A stretch of 64,000 nt of DNA, from assembly GCA_963826525.1 (NCBI GenBank), contig CAWGXH010000003.1:256001-320000 (forward strand), written 5' to 3'. The position numbers were made by a program, and so were the translations under genes. Shown here piece after piece: positions 10,588 through 20,382 of this stretch. A model generated the notes under the pieces. That model saw nothing but the letters and a program-made list of their open reading frames with translations. It was not told the origin of the DNA and made no database searches. Each line of letters opens with the position of its first letter. Within the stretch, counting starts at the first letter, position 1. This DNA comes from an uncultured Methanomicrobiaceae archaeon. Its GTDB lineage: Archaea > Halobacteriota > Methanomicrobia > Methanomicrobiales > Methanoculleaceae.

Positions 10588-11925
10588 ATGTCTCCTATGT
10601 CCCCGGATGCCGTCTCAACACTCCTCATGAGGATAGAACAGGATAATGTCCGGTTTTTACGCCTCCAGTTCACCGATCTCCTCGGCATGCCGAAGAACGT
10701 CGCAATCCCCGTAAGCCAGGCGGAGAAAGCGCTGACCGACGGCATCGGGTTCGACGGCTCCTCGATCGAGGGGTTCGCCCGGATAGAGGAGTCCGATATG
10801 CTCTTAAAGCCCGACCCCGCGACCTACACGATCCTCCCGTGGCGGCCGCACGAGAAGGCGGTCGCCCGGTTCGTCTGCGACGTGACCGGACCCGACGGCA
10901 GACCGTTCGCGGGCGACCCGCGCTATATCCTCCGGAAGGCGATGGAGGATGCGGGGAAGGACGGCTACACCTTCAACACCGGCCCGGAACTTGAGTTCTT
11001 CCTCTTCAAGATGGTCGACGGCAGGCCGACGACCGCCTTCCAGGATGTCGGCGGCTACTTCGACCTTGCCCCGACCGACCTTGCCGAGAACGTCCGCAGC
11101 GAGATCATCATCGCCCTCGAAGCGATGGGCTTTGAGATCGAGGCATCCCACCACGAGGTCGCCGAGAGCCAGCACGAGATCGACTTCAAGTACAGCGACG
11201 CCCTGACGACCGCCGACCGCGTCATGACCTTCAAGTTCGCCACCAAGACGCTGGCGCTCATGGCCGGTCTGCACGCGAGTTTCATGGCAAAACCGATCTA
11301 CGGCATCTGCGGCAGCGGCATGCATGTGAACTGCTCGCTCGCAAAAGACGGCAAAAACGCCTTCTATGATCCGGACGGCTGGCAGAGGCTCTCCGAGACC
11401 TGCATGCACTTCATCGGCGGCGTCCTCTCCCACGCAAAGGCGATCACCCGCGTGGCGAACCCGACGGTCAACTCCTACAAACGGCTGGTGCCCGGTTACG
11501 AGGCGCCGTGCTACATCAGCTGGAGCACGAGCAACCGGTCGACGCAGGTCCGCATCCCCGCACCCCGCGGCAACAGCACCCGCGCCGAGTTCCGGAGCCC
11601 CGACCCGACCTGCAACCCCTACCTGACGTTCGCCGCGCTCCTTGCGGCGGGCATGGACGGCGTACGAAACCGGATCGAACCCCCGGCGCGTACCGACTCG
11701 AATATCTTCCACATGACCGCTGCCGAGCGGCAGAAGGCAGGGATCGAGACGCTGCCCGGAAACCTCTACGAGGCGCACCAGGCGCTCCTCGCCGACGACG
11801 TCGTCTGCAGGGCGCTCGGCGGCCACGTCGTCGACGCACTCACCTGCATCGCCGAGCTCGAGTGGGACTCGTTCCGCACCGCAGTGCACCCCTGGGAACT
11901 CGACCGCTACCTGGCTACCTACTAA
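10588..11925 (+). CDS. glnA: Glutamine synthetase type I
   Basis: FDGSSIEGF, GPELEFFLF, HHEVAESQHEI, FMAKP...GSGMH, NSYKRLVPGYEAP, EFRSPD. Confidence 0.97.
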   Translation: MSPMSPDAVSTLLMRIEQDNVRFLRLQFTDLLGMPKNVAIPVSQAEKALTDGIGFDGSSIEGFARIEESDMLLKPDPATYTILPWRPHEKAVARFVCDVTGPDGRPFAGDPRYILRKAMEDAGKDGYTFNTGPELEFFLFKMVDGRPTTAFQDVGGYFDLAPTDLAENVRSEIIIALEAMGFEIEASHHEVAESQHEIDFKYSDALTTADRVMTFKFATKTLALMAGLHASFMAKPIYGICGSGMHVNCSLAKDGKNAFYDPDGWQRLSETCMHFIGGVLSHAKAITRVANPTVNSYKRLVPGYEAPCYISWSTSNRSTQVRIPAPRGNSTRAEFRSPDPTCNPYLTFAALLAAGMDGVRNRIEPPARTDSNIFHMTAAERQKAGIETLPGNLYEAHQALLADDVVCRALGGHVVDALTCIAELEWDSFRTAVHPWELDRYLATY

Positions 11926-11937
11926 TCCCCTTTTTTC
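11926..11937 (+). terminator. Oligo-T terminator-like tract after glnA
   Basis: tccccttttttt immediately follows the TAA stop. Confidence 0.4.
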
Positions 11938-11957
11938 GTCGACGCCATGCCCGGTCT

Positions 11958-13250
11958 CTACCGGACGAACCCTTTCCGCCCGGCATACCGGGCTGCATCG
12001 CCCGCCGCCTCCTCGATCCGGAGGAGCTGGTTGTACTTCGCCACCCGCTCGCCCCGTGCCGGCGCCCCGGTCTTGAGGTGGCCGGTCTGCATGGCGACGG
12101 TGAAATCGGCGATGAACGTATCGACGGTCTCGCCGCTCCGGTGCGAGACCATCGCACCCCAGCCATTCGCTTGCGCCAGCCGGACGGCGGCGATCGTCTC
12201 GGTGACGGTTCCGATCTGGTTCGGCTTGATCAGAACGGCGTTTGCGGCGCCTTCCCGGATGCCCCGCTCGATCCGCTTGACGTTCGTCACGAAGAGGTCG
12301 TCGCCGACGAGCTCCACCCGATCCCCGATCGTCTCGGTCAGCAGGCGCCAGCCGTCCCAGTCGTCCTCGGCGAGGCCGTCCTCGATGACGATGACGGGAT
12401 AGGCGTCGGCGAGCTCACGGTAGCGGTCGACCATCTCCCCGGCGGTCAGGGTCAGCCCTTCGGTCCGGAGTTCGTACGCGCCGCCGTGGTAGAAACTGCT
12501 CGATGCCGGGTCGAGGGCGATCCCGACCTCTCTGCCGGGGGCGTAGCCCGCCCGCTCGATCGCTGCCGCGATCAGGTCGAGCGGTTCGGTGTTCGAGGAG
12601 ACCGTAGGTGCGAACCCGCCCTCGTCGCCGACGCCGGTGCTGTAGCCTTTCTCTTTCAGGAGACTTTTCAGGGCATGGTAGATCTCGGCGCCCCAGCGGA
12701 GCGCCTCGGCGAAGGTGGGTGCGCCGTAGGGGGCTATCATATACTCCTGGAAATCCGGCCCCTGCCAGTTCGCGTGCACGCCCCCGTTCAGGATGTTCAG
12801 CATCGGGACCGGGAGGAGCGGGTGTGCAGGGTCGCCCAGGTACTCCCAGAGCCGGCGGCCTTCTGCAACGGCGGCAGCCCGGGCGACCGCCATCGAGACC
12901 GCAAGGGTGGTGTTGGCGCCGAGGTTCTGCTTGTTCTCCGTTCCGTCGAGCCGGATAAGCGCCTCGTCCACCGCCTGCTGCTCGCGGGCGTCGAGCCCCG
13001 CCAGGCGATCCCTGATCTCGCCGTTGATCAGGCTGACAGGCCGCTGCACGCCCTTGCCGCCGTACCGGCCGGGCACACCGTCCCGGAGTTCGATTGCCTC
13101 ATGAACGCCGGTGGACGCACCGGAGGGCGATGCGGCGCGGGCGAACGCCCCGCAGGCGAGCGTGACCTCCGCTTCGACGGTCGGGTTGCCGCGGGAGTCC
13201 AGGATCTCCCGGGCATGGATCGATCGGATGGTTGTGTCAATCTCGGTCAT
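11958..13250 (-). CDS. eno: Enolase (phosphopyruvate hydratase)
   Basis: [57 protein letters not shown]. Confidence 0.97.
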   Translation of the reverse strand: MTEIDTTIRSIHAREILDSRGNPTVEAEVTLACGAFARAASPSGASTGVHEAIELRDGVPGRYGGKGVQRPVSLINGEIRDRLAGLDAREQQAVDEALIRLDGTENKQNLGANTTLAVSMAVARAAAVAEGRRLWEYLGDPAHPLLPVPMLNILNGGVHANWQGPDFQEYMIAPYGAPTFAEALRWGAEIYHALKSLLKEKGYSTGVGDEGGFAPTVSSNTEPLDLIAAAIERAGYAPGREVGIALDPASSSFYHGGAYELRTEGLTLTAGEMVDRYRELADAYPVIVIEDGLAEDDWDGWRLLTETIGDRVELVGDDLFVTNVKRIERGIREGAANAVLIKPNQIGTVTETIAAVRLAQANGWGAMVSHRSGETVDTFIADFTVAMQTGHLKTGAPARGERVAKYNQLLRIEEAAGDAARYAGRKGFVR

Positions 13251-13476
13251 ACGTATCATCTCCATGATCTTCTGTCCGGCTGATGAGAGCGAGCGCCCTG
13301 ATCGGCGGCCGGATATCTTCAAGCCCCGCTCTGTCCCCGATGGTCGGGCGGCAAGGTGCTCGAGGAACGCGGGTGTCTCTTCGGGGTTATTAAAGTAACC
13401 GACCGTCCGGGTCCCCGCACCGCAGGGGGGACGGCTCGACCCCGGACATGCTGCAGGGGTCTTCCTCGCTCGCGGC

Positions 13477-13750
13477 TGCTGTTCCGGTTGAGCAATGGGC
13501 ACAATCCGCAGTCCGGGCAGAACCCGCCAGAAAACCACCCTCACAGAAGCCCGCAGACGGCCGATCTCGAGGCGGGGCAGGGTATCCATCCTCTAAAAAT
13601 TACTGCCGCTCATACGGCCATTATAACCCCGTGATCCTTTCGTATTTCAGGAATCGGGCTGTTATACGCCGGGGAATGCTTTTGCCGGGATCTGCCCTCA
13701 GAAACCTGCGTTAAAACGGGAAAAGAACGTTATTTCTGCGTTTTTCCGGA
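13477..13750. repeat. Dispersed non-coding repeat R1, copy 1
   Basis: Aligns colinearly with 16263-16540. The 46-bp core at 13537-13582 differs from 16325-16370 by one base. Confidence 0.85.
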
Positions 13751-13791
13751 CGGAGAGAGGGGCGTCTCCCCCACCCTGACGCCGGCACGCC

Positions 13792-15651
13792 TTATCCTTT
13801 GCGAACCCGGTACATCCCCTTCGGCACCCGGATCTCGAACGTTGCGCCTTTCCTCGGGATGCCGGTCTCAGTGATCTCAATGCCCGTGATCGACAGGATC
13901 TCCCGTGAGAGGAAAAGGCCAAGCCCCGTGTTCTTCCCAAACCCCTTGGTGAATAATCTTTTCTTGTCTTCAGCGGAGATGCCCACCCCGTTATCCTCGA
14001 ACGTGATCGTCAGGGCGTCATCCTCTTCGCGGGAGCCGACCGAGATCGCAGTCATCCCATCGCCCCCATACCGGAGGGCATTATCGAGAAGATTATAGAA
14101 TACCTTTTGAAAGAGTGGGTCTGCGTACACTTCGCAATCGGTGCGGTCGATCGTCACGCAAACCCCCTGTAACGGCAGACCGGCCGCTGCCTGGAGGAGG
14201 CTTTCACTGACATTCTGCCATTTGGGGGCATGGTTCCCGAGCTCCTGATACTCCCGGGTGAATTCTATCTGCCGCTGAATTGTCCTTGCGGCCTGCAATT
14301 CACGCTCAATGAATACTCGCCGCCCCGGATCGGTCTCATCGTCAAGGGCTATTTCAAGGCTTCCGAGCAGCACCATCAGTTGATTGAGGATGTCGTGCCG
14401 GGTGATATTCGACAAAAGGCCGAATTTCCTGTTGGCGAGGGCAAGGGTGTCTTCCGTACGCTTAAGGTCGGTGATATCCGTCACAAAGAGCAGTACTCCC
14501 GTGACCTTTCCGTTTTTATTCTTCAAGGGCACCTTGTCGGTCCGCACCCAGAGCGTCTCCCCGCCGGCTGTCTGCATCTGCTCGATAATACCGATCTTCG
14601 GCTCTCCGGAACGGATGACCTCGAGATCATCCCGGTAATACTTCTCCGCCGTCTCGGGAAACAGGTCGTCGGCGCTCTTTCCCTCGATCTCTCCGATTGA
14701 GAGCCCGAACGCATGCGCTGCAGCCGGGTTGACCCGGATGAATGTATTGTTCAGGTCCTTATACCAGATCATTGCAGGAGCGTGATCGATGATCTCCGAC
14801 AGGTCTTCGGAAAGCGTATGGAGTTCTTCCTGTTTCTGCTTCAGCTCCCGGAAGAGGAGGTCGAACGGGCGTCTCAGGCCGACTACCACGAACGCCCGGT
14901 AGAACAGGTAGACTGAGACGAGCCGGAACAGGTGTCCCAGCATGTTCATAAACCCGTATACGCTGACATACGAAGTAAATGACAGTTCTCCGAGGATAAG
15001 GAAGATCAGGGCGGCGATCACCAGTTTCCAGACGCGTCCTTCAAACGACTGCCGTTTCAGGACGAGAACGACAACCGATGCGAACAGGATAAGCGAGATG
15101 ACGTACTCGCTGACGATCTTAAACGGAGTGAGCCCGCTCCCTTCGATGAAGCTGGAGGGGAACGTATGCCAGAGAAATATACTCGCCAGAAGCAGTCCGC
15201 AGGCAGTCGCACAGGCGGTAACAATAATTGCGGTATCATATCTCCGGTCCCTGGTGAGAGTTCTCCCGATAAAGAGCGTGGCGACGAAGAACGTTACGCT
15301 CTGGAAGTACCGGGCTGCTATCCAGAGCTGGGTGGGAAGGTCGGGACTGTTTCCAGGGAAGACCCCCATTCCTTTATAGGCAAGCGTATGGATCAGGTCG
15401 AGACCGCCGATAAAGAGGAAGGAGATGCCGAGGATGAGGAAGAACGTATTCGTGACGGCTCGCCGGGTATTCCAGACCAGGATAAATATTGAGAATGCGA
15501 CGGCTATACCGGCAAATTCTACAATGCTGTGAAAGAGGAGGTAGTTCCGGAGGCTTATCAGGTACAGAGCGAACAGGATCGCGGCGCCGATCACGACCTG
15601 AATTATCAGGGAGGCCTGCTGGTTCGCAATGCGGTGGTTACGTGCATTCAT
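13792..15651 (-). CDS. MASE3 membrane sensor - PAS - histidine kinase
   Basis: MASE3-like motifs YLLFHSIVE...DLIHTLAYKGMGVF...TQLWIAARY; H-box ITRHDILNQL, NLLDNALRY, DNGVG, GLGL. Confidence 0.92.
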   Translation of the reverse strand: MNARNHRIANQQASLIIQVVIGAAILFALYLISLRNYLLFHSIVEFAGIAVAFSIFILVWNTRRAVTNTFFLILGISFLFIGGLDLIHTLAYKGMGVFPGNSPDLPTQLWIAARYFQSVTFFVATLFIGRTLTRDRRYDTAIIVTACATACGLLLASIFLWHTFPSSFIEGSGLTPFKIVSEYVISLILFASVVVLVLKRQSFEGRVWKLVIAALIFLILGELSFTSYVSVYGFMNMLGHLFRLVSVYLFYRAFVVVGLRRPFDLLFRELKQKQEELHTLSEDLSEIIDHAPAMIWYKDLNNTFIRVNPAAAHAFGLSIGEIEGKSADDLFPETAEKYYRDDLEVIRSGEPKIGIIEQMQTAGGETLWVRTDKVPLKNKNGKVTGVLLFVTDITDLKRTEDTLALANRKFGLLSNITRHDILNQLMVLLGSLEIALDDETDPGRRVFIERELQAARTIQRQIEFTREYQELGNHAPKWQNVSESLLQAAAGLPLQGVCVTIDRTDCEVYADPLFQKVFYNLLDNALRYGGDGMTAISVGSREEDDALTITFEDNGVGISAEDKKRLFTKGFGKNTGLGLFLSREILSITGIEITETGIPRKGATFEIRVPKGMYRVRKG

Positions 15652-15915
15652 TGGGGGGCTCGCGACTCCTCAAAACGCAGGAATGTGTGTATGCCTGTTC
15701 ATTTGCTTGCGATCCCGCCAGGAGAGCAGATACCGGATTGATCCGGTATAGGCGGGACTATCGGATAGTCACTGGTTGAAAGCGTGAGGCGATAAGTTTT
15801 GTGTGTATGCAGGATTACCGGACGTCAGGAGGAGCAGATCTACGAACGGAGCGATCAGAGTGGGGCGTTTTCGTTCAGGCGGTGCCTCGGGGTGCCCCCC
15901 GCCGACCGGAACCAC

Positions 15916-16119
15916 GTGGGCGGCGGACTTCCTCACCGGGGGTGGTGGGGAGCCCCCTTCTTTCTCGGGCGGTGTGGCCGGGCGAGCTTCTCTGCTCCCG
16001 CTGGTTCTTCCCGGTGCCCGGACCTCCGGCGCCCTCACTCGCTCGGCACGGCCTTGCAACGCGTCCGGCTGCTCCTGCCCGCCGCTCGCATCACCGGCTT
16101 CGCCCGGGCATGCTCGCGG
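15916..16119. repeat. Dispersed non-coding repeat R2, copy 1
   Basis: 25-bp and 34-bp blocks are identical to 33120-33144 and 33269-33302. Confidence 0.85.
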
Positions 16120-16184
16120 TTGTTGATTGGCCGCATGATGCTGTTAACCCGTTCTATCCGCTGAAGGGCCAGGGAAACGAGGCC

Positions 16185-16219
16185 ATCGCCACGGACTGCC
16201 CTCCTCCGGGGAGGAGGGC
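16185..16219. repeat. Palindromic element R3, copy 1 (inverted copy at 32841-32874)
   Basis: atcgccacggact-gccctcctcc-gg-ggaggagggc. Confidence 0.8.
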
Positions 16220-16262
16220 TAACACTCGGCTTACCTGTGCGGGAGTTTACCTTCAGACTCAA

Positions 16263-16540
16263 TGCGGTGCCGGTCAAGCAACCCTCAAATACCCGCAATT
16301 CCGGCAAGATTCGCCGGAAAAACTACCCTCACAGAAGCCCGTAGACGGCCGATCTCGAGGCGGGGCAGGGCGTACATCCCCTCAAAACTACTGCCCCTCA
16401 TAGTGCCCTCATATCCCGGGGATTCTGCCGTATTTTAGAAATCCAGGCGAGATTCTCCAGGTTGCATTCCCGCCGAAACCCGCTATCAGCAATCAGCGTT
16501 AAAATTGGGAAAAGACTGTAGTTTGTCCATATTTCAGGTG
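16263..16540. repeat. Dispersed non-coding repeat R1, copy 2
   Basis: Core accctcacagaagcccgtagacggccgatctcgaggcggggcaggg; distal gcgttaaaa..gggaaaaga is shared with copy 1. Confidence 0.85.
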
Positions 16541-16549
16541 GGGGTCGCC

Positions 16550-17479
16550 TCACGCCAGATCGTTGCGCCGGAGGAACTCCCGGATCGCCCGGGACTCCAC
16601 CCATCCCTCGTCGAGCTGTTTGATGATCTCGTTTATGCGCCGCACCTGCTCCCGGATACTCGCGGCGGTCTTCGCGTCGTCGAGCAGATCCGCCCGGGCC
16701 ATGATCACCTGGAGCGGGTGGCGGATATGGTCGCCGAGGATGGCGAACTGCTCCATATTCTGTTCGATCTGGGTATATGCCTGCCGCCGGATCGCCTCGT
16801 AGTGCCTCTGTTCGGTGATATCGTACATGATGCCGTGGCTCGATACGGCGCGGCCGGCAGCATCGTAGATGAACCTGCGGATCGAGTGCATCCAGCGCTC
16901 TTCGCCGCCGGGCAGGCACACCCGGTAATCCATCACGAAGTCCTCCCGCTCACGGATGCTTCGATCGATCTCCTCGACGGCGTGCCGGCGATCAGCGGGG
17001 TGCAGCCGATCGAGCAGGGCGGTCATACCCGGCTCGACGCTCCCGGGCGCATATCCTAACAACTCGAACTGCCGGAGATTCCACTGCGTCCTGTCGTTCT
17101 CGAGATCCCAGAACGATACCCCGGCCTGCATGGCATCCAGTGCCAGTGCCATCCGATCCTGGTCTCTGCGCAGTTCGTCCTCGGCGTGCTTATCTCCGGT
17201 GACGTTGCTGACGACGGCGACCGCGCCGACCGGCACCTGGTCGATCACCGTCCGCAGTATGGCACGCTCGGTATCGACCTCATCCCGGAGCCGTTCGCAT
17301 TCCCGTTCGGCGTTCCGGGCGCGTTTTTCGAGTGCGTCGATGAGGCGGCGATCGGCAGGATCAACCCGTGCCCGTAGCCCCTGCAGGGTGTCGTGCAGTT
17401 CCTCGCCTGCGCGTATATCGCCTGACCCGTTCATCAATCTCCCTCGCCTAGTTTTTCGATCTTCACTGCCATCCCTCAT
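16550..17479 (-). CDS. PAS protein with C-terminal DHp/HisKA-like helix pair and no HATPase domain
   Basis: PAS/PAC, then QIEQNMEQFAILGDHIRHPLQVIMARADLL...QLDEGWVESRAIREFL. ATGA overlap with the stop of the upstream kinase. Confidence 0.85.
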   Translation of the reverse strand: MRDGSEDRKTRRGRLMNGSGDIRAGEELHDTLQGLRARVDPADRRLIDALEKRARNAERECERLRDEVDTERAILRTVIDQVPVGAVAVVSNVTGDKHAEDELRRDQDRMALALDAMQAGVSFWDLENDRTQWNLRQFELLGYAPGSVEPGMTALLDRLHPADRRHAVEEIDRSIREREDFVMDYRVCLPGGEERWMHSIRRFIYDAAGRAVSSHGIMYDITEQRHYEAIRRQAYTQIEQNMEQFAILGDHIRHPLQVIMARADLLDDAKTAASIREQVRRINEIIKQLDEGWVESRAIREFLRRNDLA

Positions 17480-19725
17480 GACCCTTCCGCTTCGGGTGTG
17501 GTGCCCTTCGCACAGCCGTGATCTGCCTGCCGGAGCGTAAACCGGAACGCCGCCCCTTCCTCGGGGCGGCCGGCCGCCCGGTCGTCGACCCAGATCGTTC
17601 CGCCATACCGTTCGACGAGGATGCGGCAGATGTAGAGCCCGAGCCCTTCACCCTTCCCTCGGGCTCTGCCCCGCTCGAACCGGTGGAAGATCGCCTCCTT
17701 CAGATCGTCCGGCACGCCCGGGCCGGTGTCCTCGACCGAGACCCGGACGGTTCCGTCCTCACGCTCGACCCGGATGGTGATTTCGGCATCCTGACCGCCG
17801 AACTTGACGGCGTTCCCTATCAGATTCGTAAAAATGGCCGGCAGAAGGCCGTCCGCCAGCACCTTGACTACGAGGCCGTCGTAGCAGATCGTGACACCCG
17901 GAAATGCAGTGATCTCAGTCCGGATGACGGCATCGAGATCTACCGGGGAGAGGATGGCCGACTCTGTGCGGATCTTGCGAATCGTATCGACGTTTGCGAG
18001 GATCTCGGTGCTTCTCCGGATGGCGTCCCGCAGTTTCCGGGCATAGAGCCACTGATCGCCGGCGAGCACGTCGGCCAGGAGATCGGCGTATACGCTCGAG
18101 ACGTTGTTTGCATTCCTGATATCATGGGTCATGATGTCGAGGTAGAGGTTCGCCTCGCCGTGCGCTTCCTTGAGCTGCCGGACCAGGCGGATGAGATCGG
18201 TCGTGCGGTGCTCCAGTGCCGCCTCGGCCTCTCTGCGCTCGTGAATATCCTCTACCATCCGGATGAGGTGTCGCGGATGCCCGTCTGCGTCCCGGACGAG
18301 GGTGGCGGTCAGGTGCCCCCAGAATACGTAGCCGGTCCGGGTGACGTAGCGCTTCTCTATCTGGTAGCGGTCTCGCTTCTCCGCGACCAGCTCTTCAAAG
18401 AGGGCCTCTTCGGCGGCGTGATCTGCAGGGTGCGAAAAATCGGTGAAGTGCATGCCCGAAAACTCATCGGCACGGTACCCGAGCATATTGCGGAGTGCGG
18501 GATTACTGTCGACCAGGTACCCCCCGAGATCCGTGATCCCTATGCCGATGCCGGCATTCTCGTAGATACCCCGAAACCAGGCCTCGCTCTCGCAAAGAGC
18601 CCTCTCTGCCGCTTTCTTCTCGCTGATGTCACGGATGGTGGCGGATGCGCCGCTCACCCGCCCCGACGCATCCCGGATCGGTGCGATGGTGAACGAGACG
18701 GCGATCTCCGTGCCGTCCTTTCGCCTGCGGACGGTCTCCGTCTGCTCGATCGATTGCCCTGCTATAAGCCGGTCGATGAACGACCGCATCTCGTCCTCGA
18801 GCCCGGGAGGGGTGAGGATCGATGCCGGCCGGCCGACGATCTCGTCGGCCGTATAGCCGTAGATCAGTTCGGCCCCGCGGTTCCAGCTGGTGACGATCCC
18901 GCTGCGGGATATGCCGACGATGCCGTCATCCGATGCCTCGACGATCTCCGCCAGGTGCAGCCGCCGCATCTCCGCATGCTTCCACGCCGTGATCTCCCTG
19001 AGATACTCAAGATGCTGTCCGGGCAGAATATTCGCAACAACCCGCCACTCAACCCAGAGGTGTCTTCCGTCGCTCCGGACGAACTCATACTCCCCGCAGA
19101 GCTCCCCTGCCGCAAGAGATCTCTTCCAGAACTTCCGGGCAGTATCCCGCTCCGCGGCCGGTACGAAGTCAACGCTCGTCCGGGCGAGCAGGTCGTCCCG
19201 GGTGCACCCGAGGAGCGCACAGGCAGCCGGGTTGGCGTCGATGTGCCGGCCGGCATCGTCGGCGATCAGGATGGCGCCCGGTGCGCGGTCGAAGATCGCC
19301 CGGAGACGCGCCCCACCCTCCTCCGGCGGCTCCTTGCCGGTGATATCACCGACCTGGAGAAGCCTGCAGCCCTGCAACGGTTCCCTGTCGAGAACCCGCG
19401 TGGAGACGGCCATCAGGCGCAGCCCTCGGTCGCGCGTCTCTATCAGGCAGGTGGCCTCTGCAGACGCTGCCTGCTCACGAACTGCCCGGAAAATCGGCTC
19501 GATGCCGCCTCCATCCCGTATCCGCGGCACGAGATGCGCTTCGAGCAGTTCTATAATATCCGTCTCTCCCGGTTCGCCGTCCCGGATCGCCAGGATCTCC
19601 ATCAGCGGCCGGTTGATCAGGAGGATGCGGCCGTCCGGTGATGCGATGAGCAGCCCGGCGTCGATATCGTCGAAGAACGCGCAGGCGACGGCGCCCTGAC
19701 CGGAGAGGTGATTGGACGGCAACAT
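17476..19725 (-). CDS. Four-PAS histidine kinase (subfamily B)
   Basis: Multiple PAS/PAC domains; YLDIMTHDIRN, NLIGNAVKF, DTGPGV, GEGLGL. Confidence 0.92.
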   Translation of the reverse strand: MLPSNHLSGQGAVACAFFDDIDAGLLIASPDGRILLINRPLMEILAIRDGEPGETDIIELLEAHLVPRIRDGGGIEPIFRAVREQAASAEATCLIETRDRGLRLMAVSTRVLDREPLQGCRLLQVGDITGKEPPEEGGARLRAIFDRAPGAILIADDAGRHIDANPAACALLGCTRDDLLARTSVDFVPAAERDTARKFWKRSLAAGELCGEYEFVRSDGRHLWVEWRVVANILPGQHLEYLREITAWKHAEMRRLHLAEIVEASDDGIVGISRSGIVTSWNRGAELIYGYTADEIVGRPASILTPPGLEDEMRSFIDRLIAGQSIEQTETVRRRKDGTEIAVSFTIAPIRDASGRVSGASATIRDISEKKAAERALCESEAWFRGIYENAGIGIGITDLGGYLVDSNPALRNMLGYRADEFSGMHFTDFSHPADHAAEEALFEELVAEKRDRYQIEKRYVTRTGYVFWGHLTATLVRDADGHPRHLIRMVEDIHERREAEAALEHRTTDLIRLVRQLKEAHGEANLYLDIMTHDIRNANNVSSVYADLLADVLAGDQWLYARKLRDAIRRSTEILANVDTIRKIRTESAILSPVDLDAVIRTEITAFPGVTICYDGLVVKVLADGLLPAIFTNLIGNAVKFGGQDAEITIRVEREDGTVRVSVEDTGPGVPDDLKEAIFHRFERGRARGKGEGLGLYICRILVERYGGTIWVDDRAAGRPEEGAAFRFTLRQADHGCAKGTTPEAEGS

Positions 19726-20009
19726 GTGATCGATCGGTTCTGCTTTTAGTGTGAGTATGCATCCCCCGGTTCAAGAACCTTCCCGCTGAGATGAGGGTGC
19801 CGGACCACGGAATAGCGTCCGACAGAACTTCCGGAACTCCTCGTCAGGGCGGCGATCCGGAGAGGTCGAATGCCCCGGGATTGCACATTTCCGTGGCTTT
19901 TATAATGATCGAGATGTTAATCCTGCCGGAGATGAAAGAGCGTCTCTTGAGAAGAACCTGAGGAAGATCCACGCGTTCATAGAGGCGAGAGCAGCCTCTG
20001 CGCAACAGA

Positions 20010-20370
20010 GAAGGGGCTCGTCGAGTGCACCGTCGTCGGGGAAGGCCCTCCGTTTCTCTGTTTTCACGGCGGGCACTGCGGCTACGACCCGTCGGTTATC
20101 GGTTTTGATATGGAGGTTAGGGCGGGATTCTCCTGTACCTGCCTCTCACGGCCGGGGTATCTCAAAACGCCCCCCTCCGCCGGAGAGTCCTTCGGCGAGC
20201 AGGCAGATGCTGTAGCGGTGCTGCTCGATCACCCCGGTATCACGACGGTGGGCGTGATCGGCGTCTCCACGTGCGGCGCCCCGGCTATGAGTTCGCAATT
20301 TGCTATCCCGGGAGAACGGCCGCCCGGATCGTCATCGACGGCATATCCGGAGCTTACACGATGCCTGGAA
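20010..20370 (+). pseudogene. Degraded alpha/beta hydrolase fragment
   Basis: Fragments in shifting frames: GLVECTVVGEGPPFLCFHGG, SRPGYLKTP...QADAVAVLLD...VIGVSTCG, YEFAICYPGRT. Confidence 0.65.
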
Positions 20371-20382
20371 AGGGGAGAGTTC

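Noticed and set aside
1696-19641. Long antisense ORFs (e.g. 1696-3447, 3927-5591, 5634-7055, 11508-13283, 17518-19641)
   Set aside because: They are shadows of GC3-rich genes on the opposite strand and have no recognisable motifs.
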